DNA of 36,793 bases from an uncultured Sphingobacteriales bacterium (GCA_964452325.1 CAYVLB010000001.1:4343-41135), one strand, 5' to 3'. Counted from the stretch's first letter, positions 27,253-35,911 are shown. The notes: generated from the sequence alone by a model not told the origin. Numbers and translations: made by a program.

Positions 27253-28209
27253 ATGCCAAGCACAACTCGAGTCTTGGTATTAGGTGCCGCTGGCCAAGTC
27301 GGAACCGACCTTGTCTACGCCTTGATCAAACGCGGATATGAGGTGATTGCCACAGACATTCAACCCCCCGAAAAAGTCAACCTCCCCACTGCTTATCAAC
27401 GCTTAGACGCCACCCACACAAAAGCCCTAGAATCCCTAATCCGTAAGGAACGTATCGATACGGTATACCATCTCGTAGCCATGTTATCGGCAACTGCCGA
27501 AAAGCATCCCTACCGCGGATGGGAATTGAACATGAATACCCTATTGGACGTACTCGAATTGGCCCGGCATATCGGATTTCGCGTGTTTTGGCCCAGTTCT
27601 ATTGCTGTTTTCGGACCCACTACTCCCAAGGAAAACGTACCCCAACATACCATCACCGCCCCTACCACCGTTTATGGCATTTCCAAAGTGGCCGGCGAGC
27701 TATGGTGCCAATACTATTACCAACGATACGGCGTAGATGTTCGAAGTGTTCGGTTTCCAGGACTCATTGGCTGGCGGGCAATGCCCGGTGGTGGGACTAC
27801 CGATTACGCTGTCGAAATCTTTTACCATGCGATTCAACACCGAAAATACACCTCCTTCCTAGCAGCCGAAACGGTTCTACCCATGATGTACATGCCAGAC
27901 GCCATCCGGGCAGTAATTGAACTGATGGAAGCACCCCATGAAACCATTGCTATCCGCACCAGCTACAACATTTCTGGTATTGCTTTCTCACCAAAGCAAC
28001 TTGCCGAAACCATTCAACAATATATCCCTGAGTTCCAAATCGATTACGCACCCGATCATCGCCAGCAGATTGCCGAGTCGTGGCCCCGTACCATTGACGA
28101 CTCCGCTGCTCGTACTCACTGGGGATGGCATCCGGCGTATTCACTTGACGAGATGACCCGAGAGATGCTCCAACACATCGCCCGAAAACTTGCCACGGTA
28201 ACGCCATGA
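27253..28209 (+). CDS. tdh: L-threonine 3-dehydrogenase, extended-SDR (UDP-galactose-4-epimerase-like) type
   Basis: Supporting motifs: VLVLGAAGQVGTDL, FWPSSIAVFGPTTPK, YGISKVAGELWCQYYYQRYGVDVRSVRFPGLIG..PGGGTTDYAVEIFYHAI, LPMMYMPDAI, RQQIAESWPRTIDDSAARTHWGW. These match the SDR-type TDH family (mammalian and Flavobacterium TDH) as I remember it. I chose ATG 27253; the track ORF starts at 27157 inside the divergent amidase gene. Confidence 0.72.
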   Translation: MPSTTRVLVLGAAGQVGTDLVYALIKRGYEVIATDIQPPEKVNLPTAYQRLDATHTKALESLIRKERIDTVYHLVAMLSATAEKHPYRGWELNMNTLLDVLELARHIGFRVFWPSSIAVFGPTTPKENVPQHTITAPTTVYGISKVAGELWCQYYYQRYGVDVRSVRFPGLIGWRAMPGGGTTDYAVEIFYHAIQHRKYTSFLAAETVLPMMYMPDAIRAVIELMEAPHETIAIRTSYNISGIAFSPKQLAETIQQYIPEFQIDYAPDHRQQIAESWPRTIDDSAARTHWGWHPAYSLDEMTREMLQHIARKLATVTP

Positions 28210-28565
28210 CCATCTCATTAGATGTAAAAAACGTATGCCTGCAAGCGCCAATCGGAATCACCGAAGCCGAACGCCGGAGCGGAACGAAACTGTGCATATC
28301 AGTAAGCCTAAAATACACACCCCCAGGCAACGCCCCCTACCAACTGGAAAATCTTATCGACTACGAAGCCGTGCGACGCCTCATTGTCAACGAAGCCCAA
28401 CATCCTGAAAAACTATTGGAAAATTTAGCCCAGCGCATCCTCAAAAAGCTCCTTGGGCAATGGCCCCAGTTGCAACACTGCCAAGTGACTGTAGTCAAGC
28501 AGCAATTTTCTGGCGCGTTTCCCACAGCATCCGCTGCCATTACTTTTACATGGCCCACACCATAG
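28206..28565 (+). CDS. folB: Dihydroneopterin aldolase-like protein (FolB/FolX tunnelling-fold family)
   Basis: 119 aa. The pattern I.L..V.....IG....ER....KL.I.V.L ... LIDYEAV...I ... LLENLAQRI...L ... V.V.V.K fits FolB. Its ATG overlaps the tdh TGA (ATGA at 28206-28209). Confidence 0.6.
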   Translation: MTISLDVKNVCLQAPIGITEAERRSGTKLCISVSLKYTPPGNAPYQLENLIDYEAVRRLIVNEAQHPEKLLENLAQRILKKLLGQWPQLQHCQVTVVKQQFSGAFPTASAAITFTWPTP

Positions 28566-28602
28566 GAACTGCTGAATGGGTTCGGGCGTTGCATTCATAA
28601 TG

Positions 28603-28997
28603 CAAGGGATGGGCTATCCTGCCGCCGGATATTCCAACAGGAATATCCGGAGGAAAGTCCGGGCAGCAAAGGGGGCCGTGCTCTCCGCAAGGAGAGGCAC
28701 TGCAGGGCAAGCCTGCAGTGACGGAAAGTGCCACAGAAACCAGACCGCCAATCCGGCCCGCCAACCGCGGGTGTCATGGAGGTAAGGGTGAAAAGGTGAG
28801 GTAAGAGCTCACCGGCTGCATCGGTGACGATGCAGGCCAGGAAAACCCCACGGGCTGCAAGGCCAAATAGGTCGGCATCCGGTAACATCCGGTAAGGGTT
28901 CCCCGCCCAAAGCCGACGGGTAGGCCGCAACAGATCAATGGCAGGACGTTTCCTTCGGCGGAAACCGACAGAACCCGGCTTATCGGCCCATCCCTTG
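28603..28997 (+). ncRNA. rnpB: RNase P RNA, bacterial type A
   Basis: Universally conserved blocks are read directly: GGAGGAAAGTCCGGGC (28649-28664), GTGCCACAGAAA, GGTAAGGGTGAAAAGGTGAGGTAAGAGCTCACC (28781-28813) and ACAGAACCCGGCTTA (28968-28982). The P1 helix is CAAGGGATGGGC (28603-28614) paired with GCCCATCCCTTG (28986-28997). The P3 hairpin is CCGGATATTCC-aaca-GGAATATCCGG (28625-28650). Ends are good to about 5 nt. Confidence 0.93.
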
Positions 28998-29044
28998 CTT
29001 TGTTGAAGTCTAACAATCCTCCTTCCACTCGATCTCCTATCCTG

Positions 29045-29052
29045 TAGCTTTG
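29045..29052 (+). promoter_or_regulatory. Putative -7 box (TAGCTTTG) for lpdA
   Basis: Matches TAnnTTTG and lies 24 nt upstream of ATG 29077. It sits inside the TTG-extended track ORF, which supports the 29077 start. Confidence 0.4.
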
Positions 29053-29076
29053 CAACCCACGAGCAATCTAACCATC

Positions 29077-30471
29077 ATGGACAAATACGATGTCATCGTA
29101 ATCGGAAGTGGGCCCGGCGGATACGTCGCCGCTATTCGAGCTGCCCAACTTGGATTCAAAACTGCCGTCGTGGAAAAACAACAACTGGGCGGAATATGTT
29201 TGAACTGGGGATGTATACCCACGAAAGCACTACTAAAATCAGCCCAAGTATTTGAGTATCTCAAACATGCGCAGGACTACGGTGTGCACGCCGAAAATAT
29301 CGCTGCCGATCTACCCGCCATGGTCAACCGTTCGCGAAAAGTAGCCAGCAAAATGAGTAAGGGAATTGAGTTCTTGTTTCGAAAAAACAACGTAACTGCC
29401 ATATTCGGCCACGGACAGATCAAAAACAACCGAACAGTAGAAGTTACCGACTCGGCAGGAAAGAAAAACACGTATACCGCCAATCATATCATTATTGCCA
29501 CGGGTGCCCGATCAAAGCAACTACCCACACTACCCATCGATGGCCAATACGTACTGGGCTATCGAGATGCATTGGTCCTCAAAGACCTGCCCAAACGAAT
29601 GGTCGTAGTAGGATCGGGAGCTATCGGAGTGGAATTTGCCTACTTTTACAATGCATTAGGCGTCGAAGTAACACTGGTTGAATATTTGCCGCGAATCGTT
29701 CCCCGAGAAGACGAAGAGGTATCTAAGCAATTGGAACGAAGCTTCAAAAAACAAGGGATCAAAGTCATCACCAAGGCCTCCGTGCAAAAAGTGGTGCCAA
29801 ACGGCAAAAAGGGCGTAACCGTGACCATCGAACACAACGGCAAAAAACAAACCATCACAGCCGACAAAGTACTATCCGCAGTGGGTGTTGTTCCCAATGT
29901 CGAAGGCATTGGATTGGAAAATATAGGCATCCAACTCCAAGACGGCTATATCAAAGTGGATGCGTTCTACCGAACCAACATATCCGGTGTATATGCCATC
30001 GGAGATGTGATTCAGGGGCCTGCCTTAGCCCATGTGGCATCTCATGAGGGCATCATTTGTGTAGAGAAAATCAAAGGTCTGGATGTTGAACCCATGGACT
30101 ATAATAACATCCCATCCTGTACGTATTGCCTACCGGAAGTGGCATCGGTAGGATATACCGAACAACAAGCCAAAGAGGCTGGATATGAGATCAAAGTAGG
30201 TAAGTTTCCTTTCACAGCATCAGGAAAAGCCAGCGCTGCAGGCCACACCGAAGGGTTTGTCAAAGTGATATTCGACGCCAAATATGGCGAATGGCTGGGC
30301 GCGCACATGATTGGCGCCGGCGTCACCGAACTAATCTCAGAGGTGGTAACCGCCCGCAAGCTGGAAACCACTGGCCATGAAATTATCAAGTCGGTTCACC
30401 CACATCCGACCCTTTCAGAAGCCATCATGGAAGCAGTAGCGGCTGCTTATGGTGAAGTCATCCATATCTAA
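29077..30471 (+). CDS. lpdA: Dihydrolipoyl dehydrogenase (E3)
   Basis: Supporting motifs: MDKYDVIVIGSGPGGYVAAIRAAQLG, the redox disulfide GGICLNWGCIPTKALL, VVVGSGAIGVEFA, IYAIGDV, and the C-terminal HPHPTLSE. Confidence 0.95.
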   Translation: MDKYDVIVIGSGPGGYVAAIRAAQLGFKTAVVEKQQLGGICLNWGCIPTKALLKSAQVFEYLKHAQDYGVHAENIAADLPAMVNRSRKVASKMSKGIEFLFRKNNVTAIFGHGQIKNNRTVEVTDSAGKKNTYTANHIIIATGARSKQLPTLPIDGQYVLGYRDALVLKDLPKRMVVVGSGAIGVEFAYFYNALGVEVTLVEYLPRIVPREDEEVSKQLERSFKKQGIKVITKASVQKVVPNGKKGVTVTIEHNGKKQTITADKVLSAVGVVPNVEGIGLENIGIQLQDGYIKVDAFYRTNISGVYAIGDVIQGPALAHVASHEGIICVEKIKGLDVEPMDYNNIPSCTYCLPEVASVGYTEQQAKEAGYEIKVGKFPFTASGKASAAGHTEGFVKVIFDAKYGEWLGAHMIGAGVTELISEVVTARKLETTGHEIIKSVHPHPTLSEAIMEAVAAAYGEVIHI

Positions 30472-30477
30472 GCTACT

Positions 30478-32622
30478 TTGAAAAAGTGGTGGCAGCCAAG
30501 CCTCCTGATGGGGCTCATTTATACCACTACTTACGCCCAGCTATCCTCCCGTAATGGCTTTACCCTCCCTACCAGCGGAAGGCTGCATGCATTAGTTATC
30601 TATGCCCAAATGGTCGAAGAAACCAATACCGACTCGACCATATGGCCACGTGGGAACCTTCCATCCTATGCATTCTGGCTCTTTGACCCCGACACCACCG
30701 TCTCAACCTACCCACCGGTGCCGAACCTGACTCACTATTTCCGGCAAATGTCAGGCGGGAAGTGGTGGCTGACCGCTACCATCATCCCACATCTATTCAG
30801 CATTTCCAGTCAAGGGCTCCATTCCTTTTATGCCGCTAATAACCGCCTCATCGATAGTGTGAATGCTTGGCTGAAGCAACATCCCGAATGGATGGCCCCA
30901 TGGGAAATAATGGACCAATGGACCCCCACAGGACCATATCGTCCCAAACTACCGAAACCTAATGGAAAATGGGACTTTGTCATTATCATTTACCGCGATC
31001 CCTCATTCCTGTCATGGACAGGAGCCACCGGTGGAGTATGGATGGGATTCTCACGACCACTCAACAACAAAACCGCCGATAACTGCTTTATCCTATCACA
31101 AAGCATCGAGTCACCCTACCCCATCAATATTTTGGTACACGAAATCGCCCATGGCCTGTTGGGTGGCAATGACTACCATGTGATGGGAGCTGCAGCAGGT
31201 GGAGAAATGCGTTATGGCAACACCATCCAGTTCGGACTCCACCGCGGATGGGGGATCTTGGGCGGAAATGACATCTTTCAATCTATCAATGCCTGGGAAC
31301 GCGACCGACTGGGATGGCATCCTCCAAGGGCACGCATCTATCGGATCACACCCGATAATACCCCACCTGATGGAATCAGCATTACCCTTCGGGATTTTGT
31401 CACCCAAGGCGATGCCGCCCAAATACGATTGCCACATACGAACACCCTCCCCCAGTATATTTGGCTAGAAGCCCACTTCAAACGATCTCCTTTCGACAAA
31501 CGATGGCGATCCCCCGCCATGCTTGACTGCCTTCAAGACCGCCTACCGGCTGGTGTTTACGCCTATTTTCAAATAGGAATGGATGACTCTTCCTTACTGC
31601 ACCCTCAATGGATTGATTTTCTCTTTCCCATTAGCGGCGAAGGCAACTGGGACTATGAAGTGGAACCCCACACTCAAATGTTATGCTATGCCGGTCATGA
31701 AGAGAATATCCTACGAAAGGTGCGCCCCAACCCCCTCAGCGGATACAACGACTGGCGCTATCTACTCTTCGACATCGGAACACCCAATCATCCCCAAGGA
31801 GATGGCCAAATTCTGGGAAACCGCCATCCCAGTAACCGTGCAACCCACGGCAACAATTTCTGTTTTCGTACCCCCAACAGCTTGGCCCTCGAATCATGCT
31901 GGACTCCAAATAATCCCGGAAATGGTGGCAATATCGACATCGTACAGCCGTATGCCGAACGAATCGGCGATACCGTTCTCACCTGGCATAGCTGGGGGCC
32001 AGAAGAAGCCTTTACCGTGGGTAAGGTGATCGGACCCAACAGCAACCCGACCGCAGCCAGTGCTCACTTCCGGGGGCATTACGTACGTAAAAACGGCCGA
32101 TACTACCCCACACCAGCACTACATCCTATCATCCTCAACGGGCTACAAATCGCAATCATTGAACAAGACGATACCACCTTCACTATTCACGTCTCCTACC
32201 GCAATTTCAACCTTCACCGTGCCCAGCGATGGGCTGGCAATCCCATTCACATATACGACACCTTTCACATTCATGCCCCCGTTACAATCGACCTCAGCGG
32301 TACACCCAATGCATGCTTTATCGATTCGACCACAGGACACTTTATCCCACCTACCCACGTGATCGTACAGCCGCATGGTGGCCTGATTGTAGGCAAAGGG
32401 GGACGGATTATCATTCGCCGCAATGCCACCCTCACCATCCGCGACCAGGCTCTTCTTGCCATCCAAAAAGGGGGACGTATCCTTATCAAGGGAGGACGGC
32501 TTCGCCTTCCGCGGGGTTATCGCATCCCACGTCCACGTGGCTGGAAGGAGTGGCTATTCCCTTCGATTCGGCTGCAAAAAGGCACCATTGAATATTACGA
32601 TCCGATCCCCGATGCCCCCTGA
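30478..32622 (+). CDS. Uncharacterised secreted protein with an HExxH zinc-metalloprotease motif (possibly M6/InhA-like) and a large unknown C-terminal region
   Basis: 714 aa. Only the TTG start at 30478 yields a full signal peptide (MKKWWQPSLLMGLIYTTTYAQ). HEIAH lies at 31138-31152 within ILVHEIAHGLLGGNDYH. Upstream LHALVIYAQ...LTHYFRQMSGGKWW and downstream NAWERDRLGW loosely recall M6-family metalloproteases. I do not recognise the last ~350 aa; they end in a Gly/Ile/Arg-rich repetitive tail. Confidence 0.6.
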   Translation: MKKWWQPSLLMGLIYTTTYAQLSSRNGFTLPTSGRLHALVIYAQMVEETNTDSTIWPRGNLPSYAFWLFDPDTTVSTYPPVPNLTHYFRQMSGGKWWLTATIIPHLFSISSQGLHSFYAANNRLIDSVNAWLKQHPEWMAPWEIMDQWTPTGPYRPKLPKPNGKWDFVIIIYRDPSFLSWTGATGGVWMGFSRPLNNKTADNCFILSQSIESPYPINILVHEIAHGLLGGNDYHVMGAAAGGEMRYGNTIQFGLHRGWGILGGNDIFQSINAWERDRLGWHPPRARIYRITPDNTPPDGISITLRDFVTQGDAAQIRLPHTNTLPQYIWLEAHFKRSPFDKRWRSPAMLDCLQDRLPAGVYAYFQIGMDDSSLLHPQWIDFLFPISGEGNWDYEVEPHTQMLCYAGHEENILRKVRPNPLSGYNDWRYLLFDIGTPNHPQGDGQILGNRHPSNRATHGNNFCFRTPNSLALESCWTPNNPGNGGNIDIVQPYAERIGDTVLTWHSWGPEEAFTVGKVIGPNSNPTAASAHFRGHYVRKNGRYYPTPALHPIILNGLQIAIIEQDDTTFTIHVSYRNFNLHRAQRWAGNPIHIYDTFHIHAPVTIDLSGTPNACFIDSTTGHFIPPTHVIVQPHGGLIVGKGGRIIIRRNATLTIRDQALLAIQKGGRILIKGGRLRLPRGYRIPRPRGWKEWLFPSIRLQKGTIEYYDPIPDAP

Positions 32623-32655
32623 TGTCATATCAAAGTAGGCATCTTTGCACCTCAA

Positions 32656-34413
32656 ATGCCCCTCCTTATGGAACGGTTCCATGCGATAATCCAGCACGCC
32701 TTAAAAACATTTATCCACCGGCAGACAGGACAAACCATTACACCCACCATTCAATACACCCGTCCCGAATTTGAAGGGGACCTTACGGTAGTAACCTTCC
32801 CATTAGCCAAGCTATTACGCCAGAATCCGCAGACCATCGCCCGTAAACTGGGAGAACACCTCCAACAACAACTCCCCGAGATCGATCAATTCAACATTGT
32901 TAAAGGCTTTCTTAATCTCAAATTTTCACCGCAATCATGGTATAATTATTTCCTATACGCCCTCAAGGCCCCCCTCTTTCCCCGTACCTCAACCCCACAA
33001 CGCATTGTCATCGAATACTCGTCCCCCAACACCAACAAGCCACAACACCTAGGCCACATCCGCAACAACTTGCTGGGATGGTCCATCGCCGAAATACTAC
33101 ACACTTACGGACATCACGTGTTCAAAGTCAACCTCATCAACGATCGGGGAATCCACATTGCCCAGTCGATGGTGGCGTGGCTGAAATACGGAAACGGGAC
33201 CACACCAGCCGATGCCGGACAAAAAGGCGATCACTTCGTTGGCGATTACTACGTCCGATTTGCCCAAGAACACAAAAAGCAACAAGCCAATATCTCCGAC
33301 GGTAGCGAAACCCCACTGATGAAACACGCCCGAGAAATCCTTCGTAAATGGGAAGCAGGCGACCTCCAAGTACGCCACATATGGTCGCAAATGAACGGCT
33401 GGGTATTGGAAGGATTCGGCCAAACCTACCGCCGTTTGGGAGTAGACTTTCATAAGGTGTATTTCGAATCAGAGACCTACCTCCTGGGCAAACAATACGT
33501 CATCGAAGGCCTCCACAAAGGAATATTCTATCAGAAGGAGGACGGATCTATTTGGGTTCGCTTCGACAATGATACCCTCAACGACAAGCTCCTGTTGCGA
33601 AGTGATGGCACCACCGTTTATATCACCCAAGACATTGGCACCGCTGCCTTACGCTACATTGACTTCCAGATGGATCGGGCCATTTACGTGGTCGGCGATG
33701 AACAAAAACATCATTTCAAGGTGCTTCAACACATACTACAACAACTCAATGCACCTTATGCCAATGCGATTTATCATCTTGCCTATGGAATGGTCGACTT
33801 GCCCTCAGGAAAAATGAAGTCGAGGGAAGGAACCGTAGTGGACGCCGACGACCTTATGGACGAGATGGTCAACCGCGCACGTACGATTAGTCAGCAATTG
33901 GGAAAGACCAAAGGGCTCTCCAATCAAGAACGACAACACCTCTATCATATTATCGGAATTGGGGCCCTCAAGTTTCATATCCTCCGCAACGATCCCCAAC
34001 GGCGAATGCTTTTTGATCCTCAAGAGTCGGTCGACTTCTTTGGAAATACCGGACCTTTTATCCAATATGCCTATGCGCGCATTCAATCCATCCTGCGCAA
34101 AGTCAAAACAATAGATGATATTCCTTCACCTCCTCGGTACGAACCCAATCCAGCCGAAATCGCTTTGCTTCGCAGCATCTATCGACTTCATGACGTTTTT
34201 CTCAATGCCGTTAATGATCTTTCACCTGCAGCCATTGCTCAATATGGCTATCATTTAGCACAGCAATTCAATACCTACTATCATGCACATCCCGTCTTAA
34301 AAGCTGAAGACGAATCCACGCGACGATTCCGACTTCAGCTACTCCAGCTCGTCGCCCGTGCCTTACGGGAAAGTATGGCCCTACTGGGGATTGAAATGCC
34401 CCAACGCATGTGA
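32656..34413 (+). CDS. argS: Arginine--tRNA ligase
   Basis: Class I signatures SSPNTNKPQHLGHIRN (HIGH) and GKMKSREG (KMSK-like) are present, along with the C-terminal DALR anticodon-binding region. An alternative start is ATG 32668. Confidence 0.93.
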   Translation: MPLLMERFHAIIQHALKTFIHRQTGQTITPTIQYTRPEFEGDLTVVTFPLAKLLRQNPQTIARKLGEHLQQQLPEIDQFNIVKGFLNLKFSPQSWYNYFLYALKAPLFPRTSTPQRIVIEYSSPNTNKPQHLGHIRNNLLGWSIAEILHTYGHHVFKVNLINDRGIHIAQSMVAWLKYGNGTTPADAGQKGDHFVGDYYVRFAQEHKKQQANISDGSETPLMKHAREILRKWEAGDLQVRHIWSQMNGWVLEGFGQTYRRLGVDFHKVYFESETYLLGKQYVIEGLHKGIFYQKEDGSIWVRFDNDTLNDKLLLRSDGTTVYITQDIGTAALRYIDFQMDRAIYVVGDEQKHHFKVLQHILQQLNAPYANAIYHLAYGMVDLPSGKMKSREGTVVDADDLMDEMVNRARTISQQLGKTKGLSNQERQHLYHIIGIGALKFHILRNDPQRRMLFDPQESVDFFGNTGPFIQYAYARIQSILRKVKTIDDIPSPPRYEPNPAEIALLRSIYRLHDVFLNAVNDLSPAAIAQYGYHLAQQFNTYYHAHPVLKAEDESTRRFRLQLLQLVARALRESMALLGIEMPQRM

Positions 34414-34422
34414 ACGCTCCCA

Positions 34423-35346
34423 TTATTCATTCGATGGTGTCCATCTTCCTAAAACCCATACTACCAACATCCCACCAATCATCCATCCCACCCCTATCCA
34501 CAATTCAGGAGCGCTTAATGTCGGCACATACCCTAGCGTTTTTCCGCCTACCGTCACTTTCCAAGGCCATACTTTATACAATGACCCCACCATGAACCCC
34601 ATTAAGGCCCCCAGCGTCAGATCGTGATAACGATGCAACAGCCACGATAGCAAACGGGAAAACATCACAAACCCCACCAAAATACCCACCATCAAAGACA
34701 CCAATACCATCACTTCATGCGTGGGGAACCCCACTGCCCTACCCACAAAAAGTCCTTTCAGCCCATCAGCCACCGCTGCCACACTATTGATCGCTTGTTC
34801 GTACTTTCCCATCACCATCAGAATATAAGATCCAGAGATACCCGGCAACATCATGGCCGATATGGCCACTGCCCCACTCAGCACAAGTTCCGGATAAGTC
34901 CCCGGCCGCTGAACAGGAACCATCGAGCTAATCCATGCTGCCACTGCCATTCCCCCAAAGAAGGTGAGTAACACTTTCCCATTCCAATGCTGGATCCGCA
35001 CCCGCACCATCCATGCCGACGCTGCAATCAATCCCCAAAAAAATGCCCACAACGGCACCGGGAAGTATATCATCAAATATTGTATCACCTTGGACAGTAT
35101 GAGGACCGCCATACCAATGCCCCCAAATAAAGGCACTAAAAAGCCCCCATCAATATGCTGCCATAGACGCCGCCAATAACCCGACAAGAATAAGTGCAAA
35201 GCCGTCCAATTCAACCGTTTAAGGGCATCAATCCATCGCTCATAAATTCCAACAATGAAGGCAATCGTACCTCCCGACACCCCGGGGATCACATCAGCAG
35301 CCCCCATTGCCATGCCTCGTAGAAAAAAGCCAATCCAGGATGACAT
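34423..35346 (-). CDS. DUF368-family membrane protein (candidate undecaprenyl-phosphate translocase)
   Basis: It is polytopic. The duplicated motif GAADVIPGVSGGTIAFIVGIYE ... MLPGISGSYILMVMGKYE is the DUF368 hallmark. The track start is TTG 35349, so I chose ATG 35346. Confidence 0.8.
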   Translation of the reverse strand: MSSWIGFFLRGMAMGAADVIPGVSGGTIAFIVGIYERWIDALKRLNWTALHLFLSGYWRRLWQHIDGGFLVPLFGGIGMAVLILSKVIQYLMIYFPVPLWAFFWGLIAASAWMVRVRIQHWNGKVLLTFFGGMAVAAWISSMVPVQRPGTYPELVLSGAVAISAMMLPGISGSYILMVMGKYEQAINSVAAVADGLKGLFVGRAVGFPTHEVMVLVSLMVGILVGFVMFSRLLSWLLHRYHDLTLGALMGFMVGSLYKVWPWKVTVGGKTLGYVPTLSAPELWIGVGWMIGGMLVVWVLGRWTPSNE

Positions 35347-35372
35347 CAACTATTGCGACCCATTTGAACGCA

Positions 35373-35380
35373 CAAACATA
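35373..35380 (-). promoter_or_regulatory. Putative -7 box (TATGTTTG) for the DUF368 gene
   Basis: The minus strand reads TATGTTTG, 26 nt upstream of ATG 35346 and just downstream of the terminator at 35405-35446. Confidence 0.4.
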
Positions 35381-35404
35381 CACCAATCTTCAAGGTGAAT
35401 AGCG

Positions 35405-35446
35405 AATAAAAAAGCCGCCTGCCAAAACAGGTGTTTGGCAGGCGGC
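35405..35446 (-). terminator. Rho-independent terminator of the 147-aa lipoprotein gene
   Basis: A perfect 13-bp GC-rich stem, GCCGCCTGCCAAA (35414-35426) paired with TTTGGCAGGCGGC (35434-35446), encloses a 7-nt loop. On the minus strand it is followed by TTTTTTATT (35413-35405). It lies 22 nt past the stop at 35468. Confidence 0.85.
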
Positions 35447-35467
35447 GATACAACAAAACCAGTGCAC

Positions 35468-35911
35468 CTACTTCTTCATCTCGATAATGCCCGTATTAAC
35501 ACCAAACGATACATCCCTCACCTGAACGAAAGGATTACCCTGGGCATCTTTCATTACACCTCGCAACGTATCCCCGTTCTGAATTACAAACCCCCGTCCC
35601 CATACCGGACGCGGCACACCTTCAATCGCAAAACGGGCAATGCCATTCTGATCAGAAAATTCCGTCTTCACCGCATTGCGTTCATTGTCAAAGTCTAATT
35701 GCGTATAGTAAATATCCACACGGACTCCGCTAATCGTTTGAAGGCCGCCTTCCAGTTTGGTAATAACTTCCAGGGTGTCTATTTTCGGGCCCAGCCCCGG
35801 ACGATCCGTATGTTCCTGCTTCAATTGAATAAGCGGCACTTCCCGCTTACATTGTGTTCCCAATATCCCCACCACTAAAAGAGCCAACAAACCAATGAAT
35901 GTACGTTGCAT
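35468..35911 (-). CDS. Hypothetical small lipoprotein
   Basis: MQRTFIGLLALLVVGILGTQC is a lipoprotein signal. The rest is predicted beta-rich and I recognise no domain. It has its own -7 box and its own terminator. Confidence 0.55.
   Translation of the reverse strand: MQRTFIGLLALLVVGILGTQCKREVPLIQLKQEHTDRPGLGPKIDTLEVITKLEGGLQTISGVRVDIYYTQLDFDNERNAVKTEFSDQNGIARFAIEGVPRPVWGRGFVIQNGDTLRGVMKDAQGNPFVQVRDVSFGVNTGIIEMKK

Noticed and set aside
28589-28605. A TTGCATT-cat-AATGCAA hairpin lies just after folB and could be a terminator.
   Set aside because: The stem is AT-rich and only 7 bp, with no T-tract, and its 3' arm overlaps the predicted P1 helix of rnpB. I cannot tell whether it is a terminator, a processing signal or coincidence.
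28546-29264. Six overlapping 69-111 aa ORFs on both strands lie between folB and lpdA.
   Set aside because: The region is the RNase P RNA gene, and its GC-rich helices keep frames open. None of these ORFs has a coding-like sequence.
4892-35349. Many track ORFs carry N-terminal extensions: 3371, 4801, 4892, 8455, 8554, 12669, 14824, 19700, 22337, 23516, 27157, 27231, 29050, 35349.
   Set aside because: These begin at TTG or GTG codons written as M, and several run into the neighbouring gene or across a -7 promoter box. Internal ATGs give N-termini that match family norms or proper signal peptides. The one exception I kept is TTG 30478, because only it provides a signal peptide.
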